Positions 1-10,342 of a DNA stretch of 34,114 bases are shown one piece after another (within the stretch, counting starts at the first letter, position 1; the number at the start of each line of letters is the position of its first letter). The notes beneath the pieces are model-generated. The model saw only the letters and a list, made by a program, of their open reading frames with translations. It had not been told where the DNA came from and made no database searches. The translations under genes were made by a program, and so were the position numbers. Origin of the DNA: an uncultured Clostridia bacterium (GTDB lineage: Bacteria > Bacillota > Clostridia > TANB77 > CAG-508); NCBI GenBank assembly GCA_963558405.1, contig CAUWGC010000018.1, positions 1 to 34,114 on the forward strand. The letters are read 5' to 3'.

Positions 1-63
1 AGCATTCATAATGCTTTCAAAGATTTTTTGGATTCAAAACTGTCAAACTCCCGGGTATGCTAA
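1..63 (+). CDS. 3' end of an unidentified gene entering from the left (…SIHNAFKDFLDSKLSNSRVC*)
   Basis: Frame 1 is open to TAA at 61-63 and is followed directly by a terminator hairpin. Too short to identify. Confidence 0.4.
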   Translation, partial: SIHNAFKDFLDSKLSNSRVC

Positions 64-93
64 ATTAGACATCATATGATGTCTAATTTTTTT
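62..93 (+). terminator. Intrinsic terminator
   Basis: AAATTAGACATC / GATGTCTAATTT inverted repeat followed by a T-run. Confidence 0.75.
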
Positions 94-122
94 AAAATAT
101 GGTTATAAAATCTTTTTTTTAC

Positions 123-151
123 TTGACAAATATTTAAAATATTAGTATAAT
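123..151 (+). promoter_or_regulatory. Sigma-A promoter of rpmF
   Basis: Perfect TTGACA-17 nt-TATAAT. Confidence 0.8.
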
Positions 152-221
152 TCTATAGTATCAATATTAGTTAGAAATAATAAATTCTATAGAGAACTAA
201 ATACAAGAGGGGGGAACAAAA

Positions 222-407
222 ATGGCACAACCAAAAAGAAGATGGTCAAAAGCTAGAACTGGTTTAAAAAGATCTACATGGAAATTAGAAAATCAAAACT
301 TGGCTACATGCGCTCACTGTCACGAACCAGTAATGCAACACAGAGTATGTCCAAATTGCGGATACTATAACGGTAAGGAAGTTATTGCAAAAAAAGAAGA
401 AAATTAG
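222..407 (+). CDS. rpmF: 50S ribosomal protein L32 (Zn-binding type)
   Basis: MAQPKRRWSKART N-terminus, CxxC…HRVCxxCGYY motif, strong RBS. Confidence 0.97.
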   Translation: MAQPKRRWSKARTGLKRSTWKLENQNLATCAHCHEPVMQHRVCPNCGYYNGKEVIAKKEEN

Positions 408-440
408 AAACCAAAATTTTATACAATTAAAAAAATTAAG

Positions 441-467
441 AAACAGCAAAGAGGTTGCTGTTTTTTT
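441..467 (+). terminator. Intrinsic terminator after rpmF
   Basis: AAACAGCAA / TTGCTGTTT stem plus T-run. Confidence 0.7.
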
Positions 468-519
468 GTTGCTTTTTTTTATTAAAATTGATATAATTTG
501 AAAAAAATAGGAGAAAAAC

Positions 520-1015
520 ATGGAAAAAAGAATAGATAAAATTAATTATTATTTAGATATTGCAAAAACTGTTGCAGCAAGAAGCACCTGTTTAAGGAAA
601 AAGTCTGGAGCAGTAATAGTAAATTACGACGAAATTGTTGCTACACGGATATAGTGGAGCTCCTAGAGGAAGAGAAAATTGTATAGACTTAGGATTTTGT
701 TCAAAGAAAAAATTTTTTCCAGATGTAAGACATGCAGGTTATGATGCGTGTCGTTCTGTTCATGCTGAACAAAATGCTATTATAAGTTGTTCTAGAAAAG
801 AAATGATGGGAAGTACATTATATTTGGTTCAATACAGAACAGATTCTAAAGAATATGAAGAAGGTTCTGGATGTTGTCAAATGTGTAGAAAAATGATTAT
901 TAATGCTGGAATAGAAAAAGTTATAATAAGACAAACAAATACAAAATATGATGTTATTTCAGTATCTGACTGGATTAAGCAAGATGATTTATTACAAGGA
1001 AAAATTACATATTAA
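520..1015 (+). CDS. dCMP/cytidine deaminase family protein (ComEB-like), about 164 aa, needing a +1 shift at CGG 646-648
   Basis: RBS AGGAG then ATG520 gives MEKRIDKINYYLDIAKTVAARSTCLRKKSGAVIVNYDEIVAT, then CGG ATA TAG. Skipping C646 gives GYSGAPRG…HAEQNA…CQMC, the deaminase Zn motifs. Confidence 0.9.
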
Positions 1016-1042
1016 AATATGAAGAAATAGAGGGAGAAACAA

Positions 1043-2797
1043 ATGAAAAATAAAATTATTTTTGCAATGAAAGAATCAAAAATACTACACTATACAATTA
1101 TTTTTTTAATTAGTTTAATACTTTTTTACCCATTATTACATATGAATTTAGCAACATCTCATGATGGCTTTTTACATATTGCTAGAATTATAGGAGTAGA
1201 TAAAATTATAAATGAAGATTTTTATTTTCCACCAATGATATCATCACTTTTTTGTGAAGGATTTGGATACGCTATAAATTTATTTTATCCACCAATTGTA
1301 ACTTTTGTACCATTATTATTTAAGTTTTTGACCAATACATATTCATCAGCTTTAAAAGTTTTTACATTAATTACAATATTCTTGTCTGGTGCATTTATGT
1401 ATCAGTTTACATGTAAAATAACAAAAAATAAAATGATGGGATTAATATCAGCTGTTTTATATATAACTGCACCATATCACATAACTGATATATATATTCG
1501 TTTTGCTATTGGCGAATTTACAGCTTTTGTGTTTATTCCTATTGTCTTTTTAGGATTATATGACTTGTTTGAAGAACAAGGTAAGAAACATTATTATATT
1601 GCAATAGGAGTTATTGGACTAGTTTTAACGCATAGTATTACTCTTGTATATACAGCAGTTTTCTCGTTTATATATATATTATTTTATGCATATAAATTAA
1701 AAGAAAAGAATGTAATATTGAAATGTTTTGCAAATGCTATAATAATCCTACTTGCTACAGCTTTTTTTACTGTTCCAATATTAGAAAATAAAATGGCATG
1801 TGATTATATAATTTTTAATCCAAAATATATGTCAACTACTATAGAAATTGTTTATTCAAATACTATAAATCCTATACAATTTTTTGTAAATGATGAAGAT
1901 TCAGAATTAATATTTAAAATAGGAATACCAAGTATAGTTTCTATACTTTTTACAATACTAACATATAAGAATATAGATGAAAAGTATAAAAAAATTTATA
2001 CAATATTTTTATTTTTTGGAATATTAAGTTTAATAATGTGTACAAAATATTTTCCTTGGCTAATATTACCAAATATATTTGGTAATATACAATTTGCATG
2101 GAGAATGCTAGGATTTGCAACATTCTTTTTAAGTTTGGTAGGTGCAATAAATATTTACATTATAATAGACAAAATATTTAAAAATGATAATGTGACAAAA
2201 GTAAATTATTCATATATTGTACTACTAATTATGTTATTATATATTTATCCAATGGCAAGAACATATATATATACAGATTCAATACCAGATATGAAAATAG
2301 AAAATAAGGTTATTAATAACGAAACTACACACGTTTTTAATATAAATAGAGAATATCTACCTTCAAAATCTTTTATAAATAATTCTGACTACATTACAAA
2401 TAGACCAAAAGACACATCAATAATATTAAAGGGCAACCTAAATATAATAGAAGAAAATAAAAATAAGTTAAATTACAATTTAAAATTTGAAAAGAAAAAC
2501 AAAAGTGTTTCATTAGAACTTCCATATCTTTTTTATGTGGGATATAAAGTAGAGTATAAAACAGATGATGGAAATATATCTAATTTACCATATACAGAAT
2601 CGGAACATGGTTTTATACAAATAGAATTACCAGAAGATATTACTGAAGGTAGTATATATGTAACTTTTACAGGAACAACTCTTACTAAAATAGCTTATTT
2701 AGTGTCAGCTATTACATTGCTTAGTTTTACTATATGGATAATATATTTTAAATTTTATAAAGTAAGGAAAAAATATGAAAAAGACGGAAATAATTAA
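1043..2797 (+). CDS. Polytopic membrane protein, PTPS-related / YfhO-like GT-C glycosyltransferase family
   Basis: Many TM helices. Motifs DGxxH..R, GFGY..N.FY.P, APYH.TD.Y.R, QF.WRML, LELPYLFY.GY. Confidence 0.75.
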   Translation: MKNKIIFAMKESKILHYTIIFLISLILFYPLLHMNLATSHDGFLHIARIIGVDKIINEDFYFPPMISSLFCEGFGYAINLFYPPIVTFVPLLFKFLTNTYSSALKVFTLITIFLSGAFMYQFTCKITKNKMMGLISAVLYITAPYHITDIYIRFAIGEFTAFVFIPIVFLGLYDLFEEQGKKHYYIAIGVIGLVLTHSITLVYTAVFSFIYILFYAYKLKEKNVILKCFANAIIILLATAFFTVPILENKMACDYIIFNPKYMSTTIEIVYSNTINPIQFFVNDEDSELIFKIGIPSIVSILFTILTYKNIDEKYKKIYTIFLFFGILSLIMCTKYFPWLILPNIFGNIQFAWRMLGFATFFLSLVGAINIYIIIDKIFKNDNVTKVNYSYIVLLIMLLYIYPMARTYIYTDSIPDMKIENKVINNETTHVFNINREYLPSKSFINNSDYITNRPKDTSIILKGNLNIIEENKNKLNYNLKFEKKNKSVSLELPYLFYVGYKVEYKTDDGNISNLPYTESEHGFIQIELPEDITEGSIYVTFTGTTLTKIAYLVSAITLLSFTIWIIYFKFYKVRKKYEKDGNN

Positions 2798-4454
2798 AAA
2801 AATAATACCATATGTTTTTCTTGTTATACTTGCTATTATAATTTGCTTGCCACTAATTAAAAAAGATTTAGATATAACTAGAGACGATGGAATACAACAT
2901 ATTTGTAGATTAATAGGAACCCATGATTCTATAAAAGAAGGACAAATTTTTCCTGTAATTATGTCCTCTTTTTGTAATGGATTTGGATACAATTGGAATA
3001 CTTTTTATAGCCCGTTTACAGCTATAGTACCACTTATTTTTGGAATAATAACAACTGACTATGTTATTATTCTTAAATTATTTTTATTTTGTAGTATATT
3101 ATTTTCTGGAATAACAATGTTTTGGTTTGCAAAAGATTTTTGTAAAAATGAAAAAGCAGGAATATTAATTTCAAGCATATATATGCTTGCACCATACCAT
3201 TTAACGGATATGTATTTAAGAGTAGCAGTAGCAGAATTTACTTCGTTTATTTTTATTCCACTTGTTTTTTTAGGGCTTTATAATATATTTAATCAAAATT
3301 ACAAAAAAAGTTCTTATCTTATAATAGGCGCAGTTGGTTTAATACTTACTCATACACTATCATGTTTATTGGTAGCAATTTTTGGATTTATATATGTACT
3401 AATAAATATAAAAAAGTTAAAAGATAAGAAAATTTTGCAAAGTTTAATATACTGTACAGTTCTTATTATATTATGTAGTAGTATATTTATTTTACCATTG
3501 TTAGAATATAAAAACTCTGCTACATATGAAGTGTTTGTTCCAGGTAGAATGGAGCGAGGAGATGTACTAGTAAATAATAAACTATCTTTTTATCAATTAT
3601 TTTATACTTCAAATAATGATACTTTAGTTTTTGAAATAGGTTTGATTACAATAATAGGTTTATTGCTAACTCCAATTGTAATAGATAAAAAAGTTTTAGA
3701 AAAAAAACAAAAAAATACTTATTACTTCTTCTATGTATCAGGAATAATAGCTTGTTTAATAACATTAAAGTTTTTTCCATTTGAAAAATTACCAGATTTT
3801 ATTAAAATGCTTCAATTTCCATGGAGAATGTTAGAAATTGCAGTATTCTTTTTCAGTATTGTTGCTGGATTTAACTTTTCTTTATTAATAAAAAATTTCA
3901 GTTGGAAAGATGTAGGAGTTATTATTGCCATAAATGTAATATTGACAGGTGTTTCAATTATTCCTAAGTTAGAATATAAAAAAATTGATATTTCACAATA
4001 TATACCTGCATTACCACTAACTTCTAATACTGGAAGAGTTCATGGAGGTATGGCAAGCTTGGAATATATGCCAACAAAAGCTTTTAAAAATAGAAGTTAT
4101 ATAGAAACAAGAGATCAAAAAGTGCATGTGATTACAGGAGAAGCAAATATTAAAGAAGAGAAAAAACAAAATACCACATTATATTTTAAATTAAATACAA
4201 AAAAAGGAACAAAATTAGAATTACCATATCTTTTTTATCCAGGATATACAGTTTTAATTAAAGAAGATTCTAATAATTATTATCCACCATTATTTGAAAC
4301 AGAAAATGGAATGATTGGAGTTCAAATAGATAAAGATATAGAAAATGCAGAAGTATTTGTTAAGTTTACAGGAACTAGAATTATGATGATTTCTTATATA
4401 TTAACAGCAATAGGATTGATTCTTACCATTATATATTTTAAAAAAATAAAATAA
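2775..4454 (+). CDS. Paralog of the upstream GT-C-like membrane protein
   Basis: Same motifs in the same order as 1043..2797. Overlaps that gene by 23 nt. Confidence 0.75.
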   Translation: MKKTEIIKKIIPYVFLVILAIIICLPLIKKDLDITRDDGIQHICRLIGTHDSIKEGQIFPVIMSSFCNGFGYNWNTFYSPFTAIVPLIFGIITTDYVIILKLFLFCSILFSGITMFWFAKDFCKNEKAGILISSIYMLAPYHLTDMYLRVAVAEFTSFIFIPLVFLGLYNIFNQNYKKSSYLIIGAVGLILTHTLSCLLVAIFGFIYVLINIKKLKDKKILQSLIYCTVLIILCSSIFILPLLEYKNSATYEVFVPGRMERGDVLVNNKLSFYQLFYTSNNDTLVFEIGLITIIGLLLTPIVIDKKVLEKKQKNTYYFFYVSGIIACLITLKFFPFEKLPDFIKMLQFPWRMLEIAVFFFSIVAGFNFSLLIKNFSWKDVGVIIAINVILTGVSIIPKLEYKKIDISQYIPALPLTSNTGRVHGGMASLEYMPTKAFKNRSYIETRDQKVHVITGEANIKEEKKQNTTLYFKLNTKKGTKLELPYLFYPGYTVLIKEDSNNYYPPLFETENGMIGVQIDKDIENAEVFVKFTGTRIMMISYILTAIGLILTIIYFKKIK

Positions 4455-4520
4455 AGATAAATTTTTATTGCTATTTTAATAGAGATAGTATACAATATTA
4501 AACATAAAGAGGTGAAAAAA

Positions 4521-5846
4521 ATGTCAAAACCCGTAGTAGCAATTATTGGTAGACCTAATGTAGGAAAATCTACATTTTTTAATTATTTAGCTGGAAAAAG
4601 AATTTCTATAGTAGAAGATATTCCAGGTGTTACAAGAGATAGAGTATATGCAGAAACAAATTGGAGAGGAAGAAATTTTACATTAATAGATACAGGAGGA
4701 ATTGAACCCAAATCTGAAGACGTTATTTTATCAGGAATGCGTGAACAAGCTAATATTGCAATTAGTGTTGCAGATGTAATTATTTTTGTTACAGATATAA
4801 AACAAGGGGTAGTAGAAGCTGATAAAGAAATAGCTTTAATGCTTAAAAAAGTAGGAAAACCAATTGTATTAGTATGCAATAAAGTAGATACTTTTGGCAA
4901 AGTTCCAGATGAAATATATGAATTTTATAATTTAGGAATTGGAGATCCTTATCCATTATCTGCAGTTAATGCAATGGGAATAGGAGATATATTGGACGCT
5001 ATATATGAAAAGCTACCTCCAAAACAAGAAGATGAGAATATAGAAGATGCTATTAAAGTAGCAGTAATAGGAAAACCAAATGTAGGAAAATCTTCTTTAA
5101 TTAATAAAATATTAGGTGAAAATAGAGTTATAGTAAGTAATATTGCAGGAACAACAAGAGATGCTATTGATTCGGAATTTCAAAATGAATTTGGAAAATA
5201 TGTTTTTATAGATACTGCAGGAATTAGAAGAAAAAATAAAGTTACAGAGAATTTAGAAAAATATAGTGTAATGAGAACTTTGTTAGCAATAGAAAGAGCA
5301 GATGTGTGTCTTCTTATGATTGATGCAACAGAAGGAGTTACAGAACAAGATACAAAAATTGCAGGTGAAGCGCATGAAGCAGGAAAAGCAATTATAATTG
5401 TTGTCAATAAATGGGATGAATATCAAAAAGAAACTGGCAGTTTAGAAAAATATCAAAAACAAGTCTATGAAAAATTATCATATTTATCTTATGCACCAAT
5501 TTTATTTATTTCTGCAAAAACAGGACAAAGAGTACATAAATTATTTGAAATGATTAATGAAGTAAATAGACAAAATAGTCTTCATGTATCAACATCAGTA
5601 TTAAACGATGTTATCAATGAGGCAATAGCATTAGTACAACCACCTACAGATAAAGGAAAACGTTTAAAAATATTATATGGAACACAAGCTTCTACTAAAC
5701 CGCCAACATTTGTTATTTTTGTAAATGATAAAAAATTATTTCATTTTTCTTATGAGAGATATTTAATAAATCAAATAAGAAAAGAATTTGGACTTACAGG
5801 TACTCCAGTAAGAGTAATTGTAAGAGAAAAAATAGAAAAAGAATAA
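4521..5846 (+). CDS. der: Ribosome biogenesis GTPase Der (EngA)
   Basis: Two G-domains (GRPNVGKS/DTGG and GKPNVGKS/DTAG) plus KH-like C-terminus. ATG4521 fits RBS GAGGTG. Confidence 0.97.
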   Translation: MSKPVVAIIGRPNVGKSTFFNYLAGKRISIVEDIPGVTRDRVYAETNWRGRNFTLIDTGGIEPKSEDVILSGMREQANIAISVADVIIFVTDIKQGVVEADKEIALMLKKVGKPIVLVCNKVDTFGKVPDEIYEFYNLGIGDPYPLSAVNAMGIGDILDAIYEKLPPKQEDENIEDAIKVAVIGKPNVGKSSLINKILGENRVIVSNIAGTTRDAIDSEFQNEFGKYVFIDTAGIRRKNKVTENLEKYSVMRTLLAIERADVCLLMIDATEGVTEQDTKIAGEAHEAGKAIIIVVNKWDEYQKETGSLEKYQKQVYEKLSYLSYAPILFISAKTGQRVHKLFEMINEVNRQNSLHVSTSVLNDVINEAIALVQPPTDKGKRLKILYGTQASTKPPTFVIFVNDKKLFHFSYERYLINQIRKEFGLTGTPVRVIVREKIEKE

Positions 5847-5860
5847 AAGGAGGAAATAAT

Positions 5861-6484
5861 ATGTTAATATACATTATTATTGGGATTATTGCATATCTTA
5901 TAGGAAGTGTTAATTTTTCTGTTATTATTAGTAAAAGAGTAGCAGGCTTTGATGTAAGAGAAAAAGGAAGTGGAAACGCAGGAACTACAAATATGCTTCG
6001 TTCTGTTGGAAAAGGTGCTGCTGCCATTACTCTTATTTGCGACATATTAAAAGGTGTTGTAGCAATTGGAATTGCAATATTATTAGGAAATATTTTAAAA
6101 GAAGCTGATAAAGCATTATTAGTTCAAATAGCAGGAATATTTGTGGTTATAGGACATACATTTCCAATTTTCTTTAAATTTAAAGGAGGAAAAGGTATTG
6201 CTACTTCTTTAGGAATTTTACTAATGATAAATTGGCAAATTGGGCTTATTTGTTTAGTATTTGCTCTAGTACTAATGGCTCTTACTAGAATGGTTTCATT
6301 AGGATCTGTGGCAGCTGCAATTTTATATCCAGTTCTTACACTGTTCATTACAGAGCATTATGTAGTACCAGGAAAATATTTAATTTTTAGTATTATTGTA
6401 GCAGTTATAGTTCTATTTAATCATAGAAGTAATATAAAAAGAATATTATCAGGAACTGAAAATAGACTCAGTTTAAAAAAATAA
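5861..6484 (+). CDS. plsY: Glycerol-3-phosphate acyltransferase PlsY
   Basis: GSGNAGTTN, GHxFPIF…GGKG, HRSNIKR motifs. der-plsY-gpsA synteny. Confidence 0.96.
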   Translation: MLIYIIIGIIAYLIGSVNFSVIISKRVAGFDVREKGSGNAGTTNMLRSVGKGAAAITLICDILKGVVAIGIAILLGNILKEADKALLVQIAGIFVVIGHTFPIFFKFKGGKGIATSLGILLMINWQIGLICLVFALVLMALTRMVSLGSVAAAILYPVLTLFITEHYVVPGKYLIFSIIVAVIVLFNHRSNIKRILSGTENRLSLKK

Positions 6485-6507
6485 AACAAAAGGAAAAGGA
6501 TGAAAAA

Positions 6508-7491
6508 ATGAAAACAATTACTGTAATAGGAAGTGGAAGTTGGGGAACAGCCTTAGCTGTTCACTTAGCTAAACTAAAAAATAATGTAAAAGTATGGTCT
6601 TTTTCACAAGAAGAAGCAGACCTTATAAATAAAGAAAAAAAGTGTAAATTCTTACCATTAGTTAACATACCAGACAATTTGTATTGTACAACTAATATGG
6701 AAGAAGCAATAGATGGTAGTGATGTTATACTACATGTAACACCTTCAAAATTTACAAGAGAAATTATAAAACAGTATAAAGGATATATTACAAAACAACA
6801 AGTTATTATGTGTTCAAAAGGATTTGAAAAAGACACATTACTAACATTAGATGAAGTCTTAAGACAAGAGTTACCAAACACTCCAATTGGAGTGTTATCT
6901 GGACCAAGTCATGCAGAGGAAGTTTCTATAGGAGTTCCAACAGCAATGGTAATTGCATCAGAAGACATAAATGTTAGAAATAATATACAAGATTTATTTA
7001 TGTCAGAAACTATGAGAGTATATACTTCTGAAGATGTTAAAGGTGTAGAATTAGGAGCTGCTTTAAAAAATATTATTGCTTTTTGCGCTGGAATAGCAAA
7101 AGAATTAAATCTTGGAGACAATTCGTTTGCTGCTCTTTTAACAAGAGGACTAGCAGAAATATCTAATTTAGGAGTAAAAATGGGAGGAAGACAATCTACA
7201 TTTTATGGTTTAACCGGTTTAGGTGATTTAGTGGTTACTTGCTTAAGTGAACATAGTAGAAATCGTAAAGCAGGAATTTTAATTGGTAGAGGACTTTCAA
7301 TAGAAGAAACTAAAAAAGAAGTTGGTATGACAATTGAGAGTATTGACAATATTGAAGTTGCTTATGAACTTTCTAAGATATACAAAGTAGAAATGCCAAT
7401 AGTAAATGCAGTGTATGATATATTATATAATAAATTAAATCCTAGAGAAGCTGTTAAAATATTAATGACAAGAGAGAAAAAAAGTGAATAA
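6508..7491 (+). CDS. gpsA: NAD(P)H-dependent glycerol-3-phosphate dehydrogenase
   Basis: GSGSWGTA, SGPSHAEEV, GAALKNIIA, GLGDL..TC.S.HSRN. Confidence 0.96.
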   Translation: MKTITVIGSGSWGTALAVHLAKLKNNVKVWSFSQEEADLINKEKKCKFLPLVNIPDNLYCTTNMEEAIDGSDVILHVTPSKFTREIIKQYKGYITKQQVIMCSKGFEKDTLLTLDEVLRQELPNTPIGVLSGPSHAEEVSIGVPTAMVIASEDINVRNNIQDLFMSETMRVYTSEDVKGVELGAALKNIIAFCAGIAKELNLGDNSFAALLTRGLAEISNLGVKMGGRQSTFYGLTGLGDLVVTCLSEHSRNRKAGILIGRGLSIEETKKEVGMTIESIDNIEVAYELSKIYKVEMPIVNAVYDILYNKLNPREAVKILMTREKKSE

Positions 7492-7623
7492 AAAAATTCA
7501 CTTTTTTCTTTAATAAAAATTAACATAAATTTATTTTTTCCATAAAATAGTTTATAGAAGTATAATAATCTTTTAAATGAGCAATACTAATATTAGTGTA
7601 ATAAAAAAAGACGGAGGTTAATT

Positions 7624-8079
7624 ATGGATTTTATAAATGAAATTGGAAAAAAGACTTCGAAAGTGTGTAATTTTACAGTAAATAAAACAAATGAAATAGC
7701 AAAAGAAGCAAAATACAAAATGAAAATGATGTCATACAAATCAAAAGTAGAAGAACTATATGAAGATATAGGAAAAAAAGTTTATCAAAATTATGTTTAT
7801 AATAAAAAAGAAGACATAGAAGAACTAACACTAGAAGAATGCATAGAAATTGATAAAATTGCATCTCAAATAGAAGATTATAGAAAAGAGATATTAAAAT
7901 TAAAAAATAAAAAACAATGTCCAAATTGTTTTTTTGAAATAAAATCATATTATAAATTTTGTCCCAATTGTGGTCATGTTCAACAAGAAAATAATTCAAA
8001 AGTTGAAAATGAAAAACAAAATTCAGACGTAGTAATTGTAGAAAACAGTGAAAAAGGTATGGAATCAAATGGAAAATAA
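7624..8079 (+). CDS. Coiled-coil protein with C-terminal zinc ribbon
   Basis: CPNC…FCPNCG motif, RBS GGAGG. Confidence 0.8.
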   Translation: MDFINEIGKKTSKVCNFTVNKTNEIAKEAKYKMKMMSYKSKVEELYEDIGKKVYQNYVYNKKEDIEELTLEECIEIDKIASQIEDYRKEILKLKNKKQCPNCFFEIKSYYKFCPNCGHVQQENNSKVENEKQNSDVVIVENSEKGMESNGK

Positions 8080-8106
8080 AATGAACATATAAAAATAGGA
8101 GGAAAA

Positions 8107-8547
8107 ATGAAATTAGTTATACAAAGAGTAAAAGAATCAAGTGTATCAGTAGATGGAAAAATAGTAGGTAGCATAAATAAAGGATTTTTAGTATTAGTTG
8201 GTGTTGGACCTGATGATACAGAACAAACAGCTTATTACTTAGTAAAAAAATTATTAAACTTAAGAATTTTTAGAGATGAGAATGATAAAATGAATTTATC
8301 AATAAAAGACATTAATGGAGAATTACTTCTTATATCTCAATTTACATTATATGCTGATTGCAGTTCGGGAAATAGACCAAGTTTTATAGGAGCAGCAAAA
8401 CCAGAATTAGGAAATAAGATGTATGAATATTTTATTCAGAAATGTAAAACAGAATCTGGATTAAAAGTAGAAAAAGGAATCTTTGGTGCAGATATGAAGG
8501 TTAGTTTAATTAATGACGGACCTGTAACTATTTTATTAGAAAAATAA
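8107..8547 (+). CDS. dtd: D-aminoacyl-tRNA deacylase
   Basis: [25 protein letters not shown] motifs. Confidence 0.97.
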   Translation: MKLVIQRVKESSVSVDGKIVGSINKGFLVLVGVGPDDTEQTAYYLVKKLLNLRIFRDENDKMNLSIKDINGELLLISQFTLYADCSSGNRPSFIGAAKPELGNKMYEYFIQKCKTESGLKVEKGIFGADMKVSLINDGPVTILLEK

Positions 8548-8570
8548 TGTATAAAAATATAAATACAATC

Positions 8571-8615
8571 AAATAATGATAAAAAGGCAGATATCATGCT
8601 TTTTTATCATTATTT
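8571..8615. terminator. Bidirectional terminator between dtd and the convergent gene
   Basis: AAATAATGATAAAAAGGCA / TGCTTTTTTATCATTATTT inverted repeat. Confidence 0.7.
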
Positions 8616-8896
8616 TACCAAGGATATCTTTCATAAAGATATCTAATTATTTCATCTGAATTATAATCTGTAACGTTTAAAAATACACCTTCATCTAAGC
8701 TAATCCACATATTAATATTATATTTATCATTGTTATCTATAAAACTGCCTATAATATCTGCAATTTCTATAGGATTTTTATATGTTTTTTCCCATTCTAA
8801 ATCATTTTCTAAAAAAATTTCTTCTTCAAAAAAGTCACTTAAAAAATGAGAAATAGCATTTTTATCATTACTATACAATCTTACAATAGTACTCAT
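8615..8896 (-). CDS. Hypothetical acidic protein, 93 aa
   Basis: RBS AAGGAG and protein-like composition. Confidence 0.7.
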   Translation of the reverse strand: MSTIVRLYSNDKNAISHFLSDFFEEEIFLENDLEWEKTYKNPIEIADIIGSFIDNNDKYNINMWISLDEGVFLNVTDYNSDEIIRYLYERYPW

Positions 8897-8950
8897 TTTT
8901 AAACTCCTTATATTATATAGTATATATTATATTTTATTAACTATGCAAAA

Positions 8951-8979
8951 GAATAAAAGGTAATTTTTTGAACATACTA
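8951..8979 (+). promoter_or_regulatory. Possible sigma-G (forespore)-type promoter
   Basis: GAATA-17 nt-CATACTA upstream of the lipoprotein gene, resembling the B. subtilis sigma-G consensus. Confidence 0.45.
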
Positions 8980-9005
8980 ATATAAATTAATATAAAGAGG
9001 TAAAT

Positions 9006-9914
9006 ATGATAAAATTTTTTTTGGAAAACAAAACTATAAGATTAGTATTAATAATGATGTTTTTGACGTTTCTCTTGTTAACTTTAACAGGATGTGGAAG
9101 AGATAATCAAGAAATAGAAGAACTAAACGAAAAAATAACAGAAGAAATTAAATATTTAGATAATAGACTAATTTATATGTTAAATTCATTAAATAATATT
9201 TCTTATGATAATTATACAGTTCTTCCTATTGAAATAGAAGAAGGAAAAATACCAGATGCAGAAAAAAGTAGTTCTACTGCTTCTAAAAGTGAACAAAAAA
9301 AGGAAAGTGAAGAGGATAAGAACCAAGAAGAACAGAAGGAAGAAAAGAAAGAACAAACAAAAGTAATATCAGGAGGTATTTTAAATAATACTAATAATCA
9401 AATTGATTGGGGAAATATAAAAAAAGATATTGAAAATCTACATGACATTTGGTCCACAATTATATTAGATTTATATAAATCTAATGCGGATTCTACTTTA
9501 ATTTTAGATTTTGGTAAACAACTTGATGTGGTTACTAGTAATATAGAAAAAGAAGATAAAGTAAATACCATTATATCACTTGCAGAATTATATCAATTTA
9601 TACCACAATATTCTTCTTCTTGCTTGGACGATTTTTTAACTAATGTGTATAAAACAAAAGCTAACATTATTTTAAGTTATTCAGCAGTAGAAACTGATAA
9701 TTGGGAAAATGTAACAAAAAATTTAAAAAATGCAGAAGAGAGTTTTAGTAATATAATGAATAACATAGAATATAAAAAAGAAAAAGAATATGCTATTAAT
9801 AAAACATATATTCTTTTAAAAGAATTACAAAATTCAATTTCAATGCAGGATAAAAATATATATTATATTAAATATAAAAATCTTATTTATGAAATTAACA
9901 TGATTAGTGCTTGA
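9006..9914 (+). CDS. Putative lipoprotein
   Basis: Signal peptide with lipobox LTGC, low-complexity E/K/S linker, helical remainder. Confidence 0.75.
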   Translation: MIKFFLENKTIRLVLIMMFLTFLLLTLTGCGRDNQEIEELNEKITEEIKYLDNRLIYMLNSLNNISYDNYTVLPIEIEEGKIPDAEKSSSTASKSEQKKESEEDKNQEEQKEEKKEQTKVISGGILNNTNNQIDWGNIKKDIENLHDIWSTIILDLYKSNADSTLILDFGKQLDVVTSNIEKEDKVNTIISLAELYQFIPQYSSSCLDDFLTNVYKTKANIILSYSAVETDNWENVTKNLKNAEESFSNIMNNIEYKKEKEYAINKTYILLKELQNSISMQDKNIYYIKYKNLIYEINMISA

Positions 9915-9946
9915 TTTATCGTTAAAAATTATGTATAATAAAACAT

Positions 9947-10289
<343 letters not shown>

Positions 10290-10293
10290 AAAA

Positions 10294-10330
10294 TAAAAAA
10301 AGATTTATTAATCCTAATAAATCTTTTTTA
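10294..10330. terminator. Bidirectional terminator between rnpB and the rluA-family gene
   Basis: AAAAAGATTTATTA / TAATAAATCTTTTT inverted repeat. Confidence 0.7.
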
Positions 10331-10342
10331 TTTTGCTTCTTT

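Noticed and set aside
635-1015. ORF-track 126-aa protein starting at TTG635
   Set aside because: No RBS. It is the +1-frame part of the deaminase that starts at ATG520.
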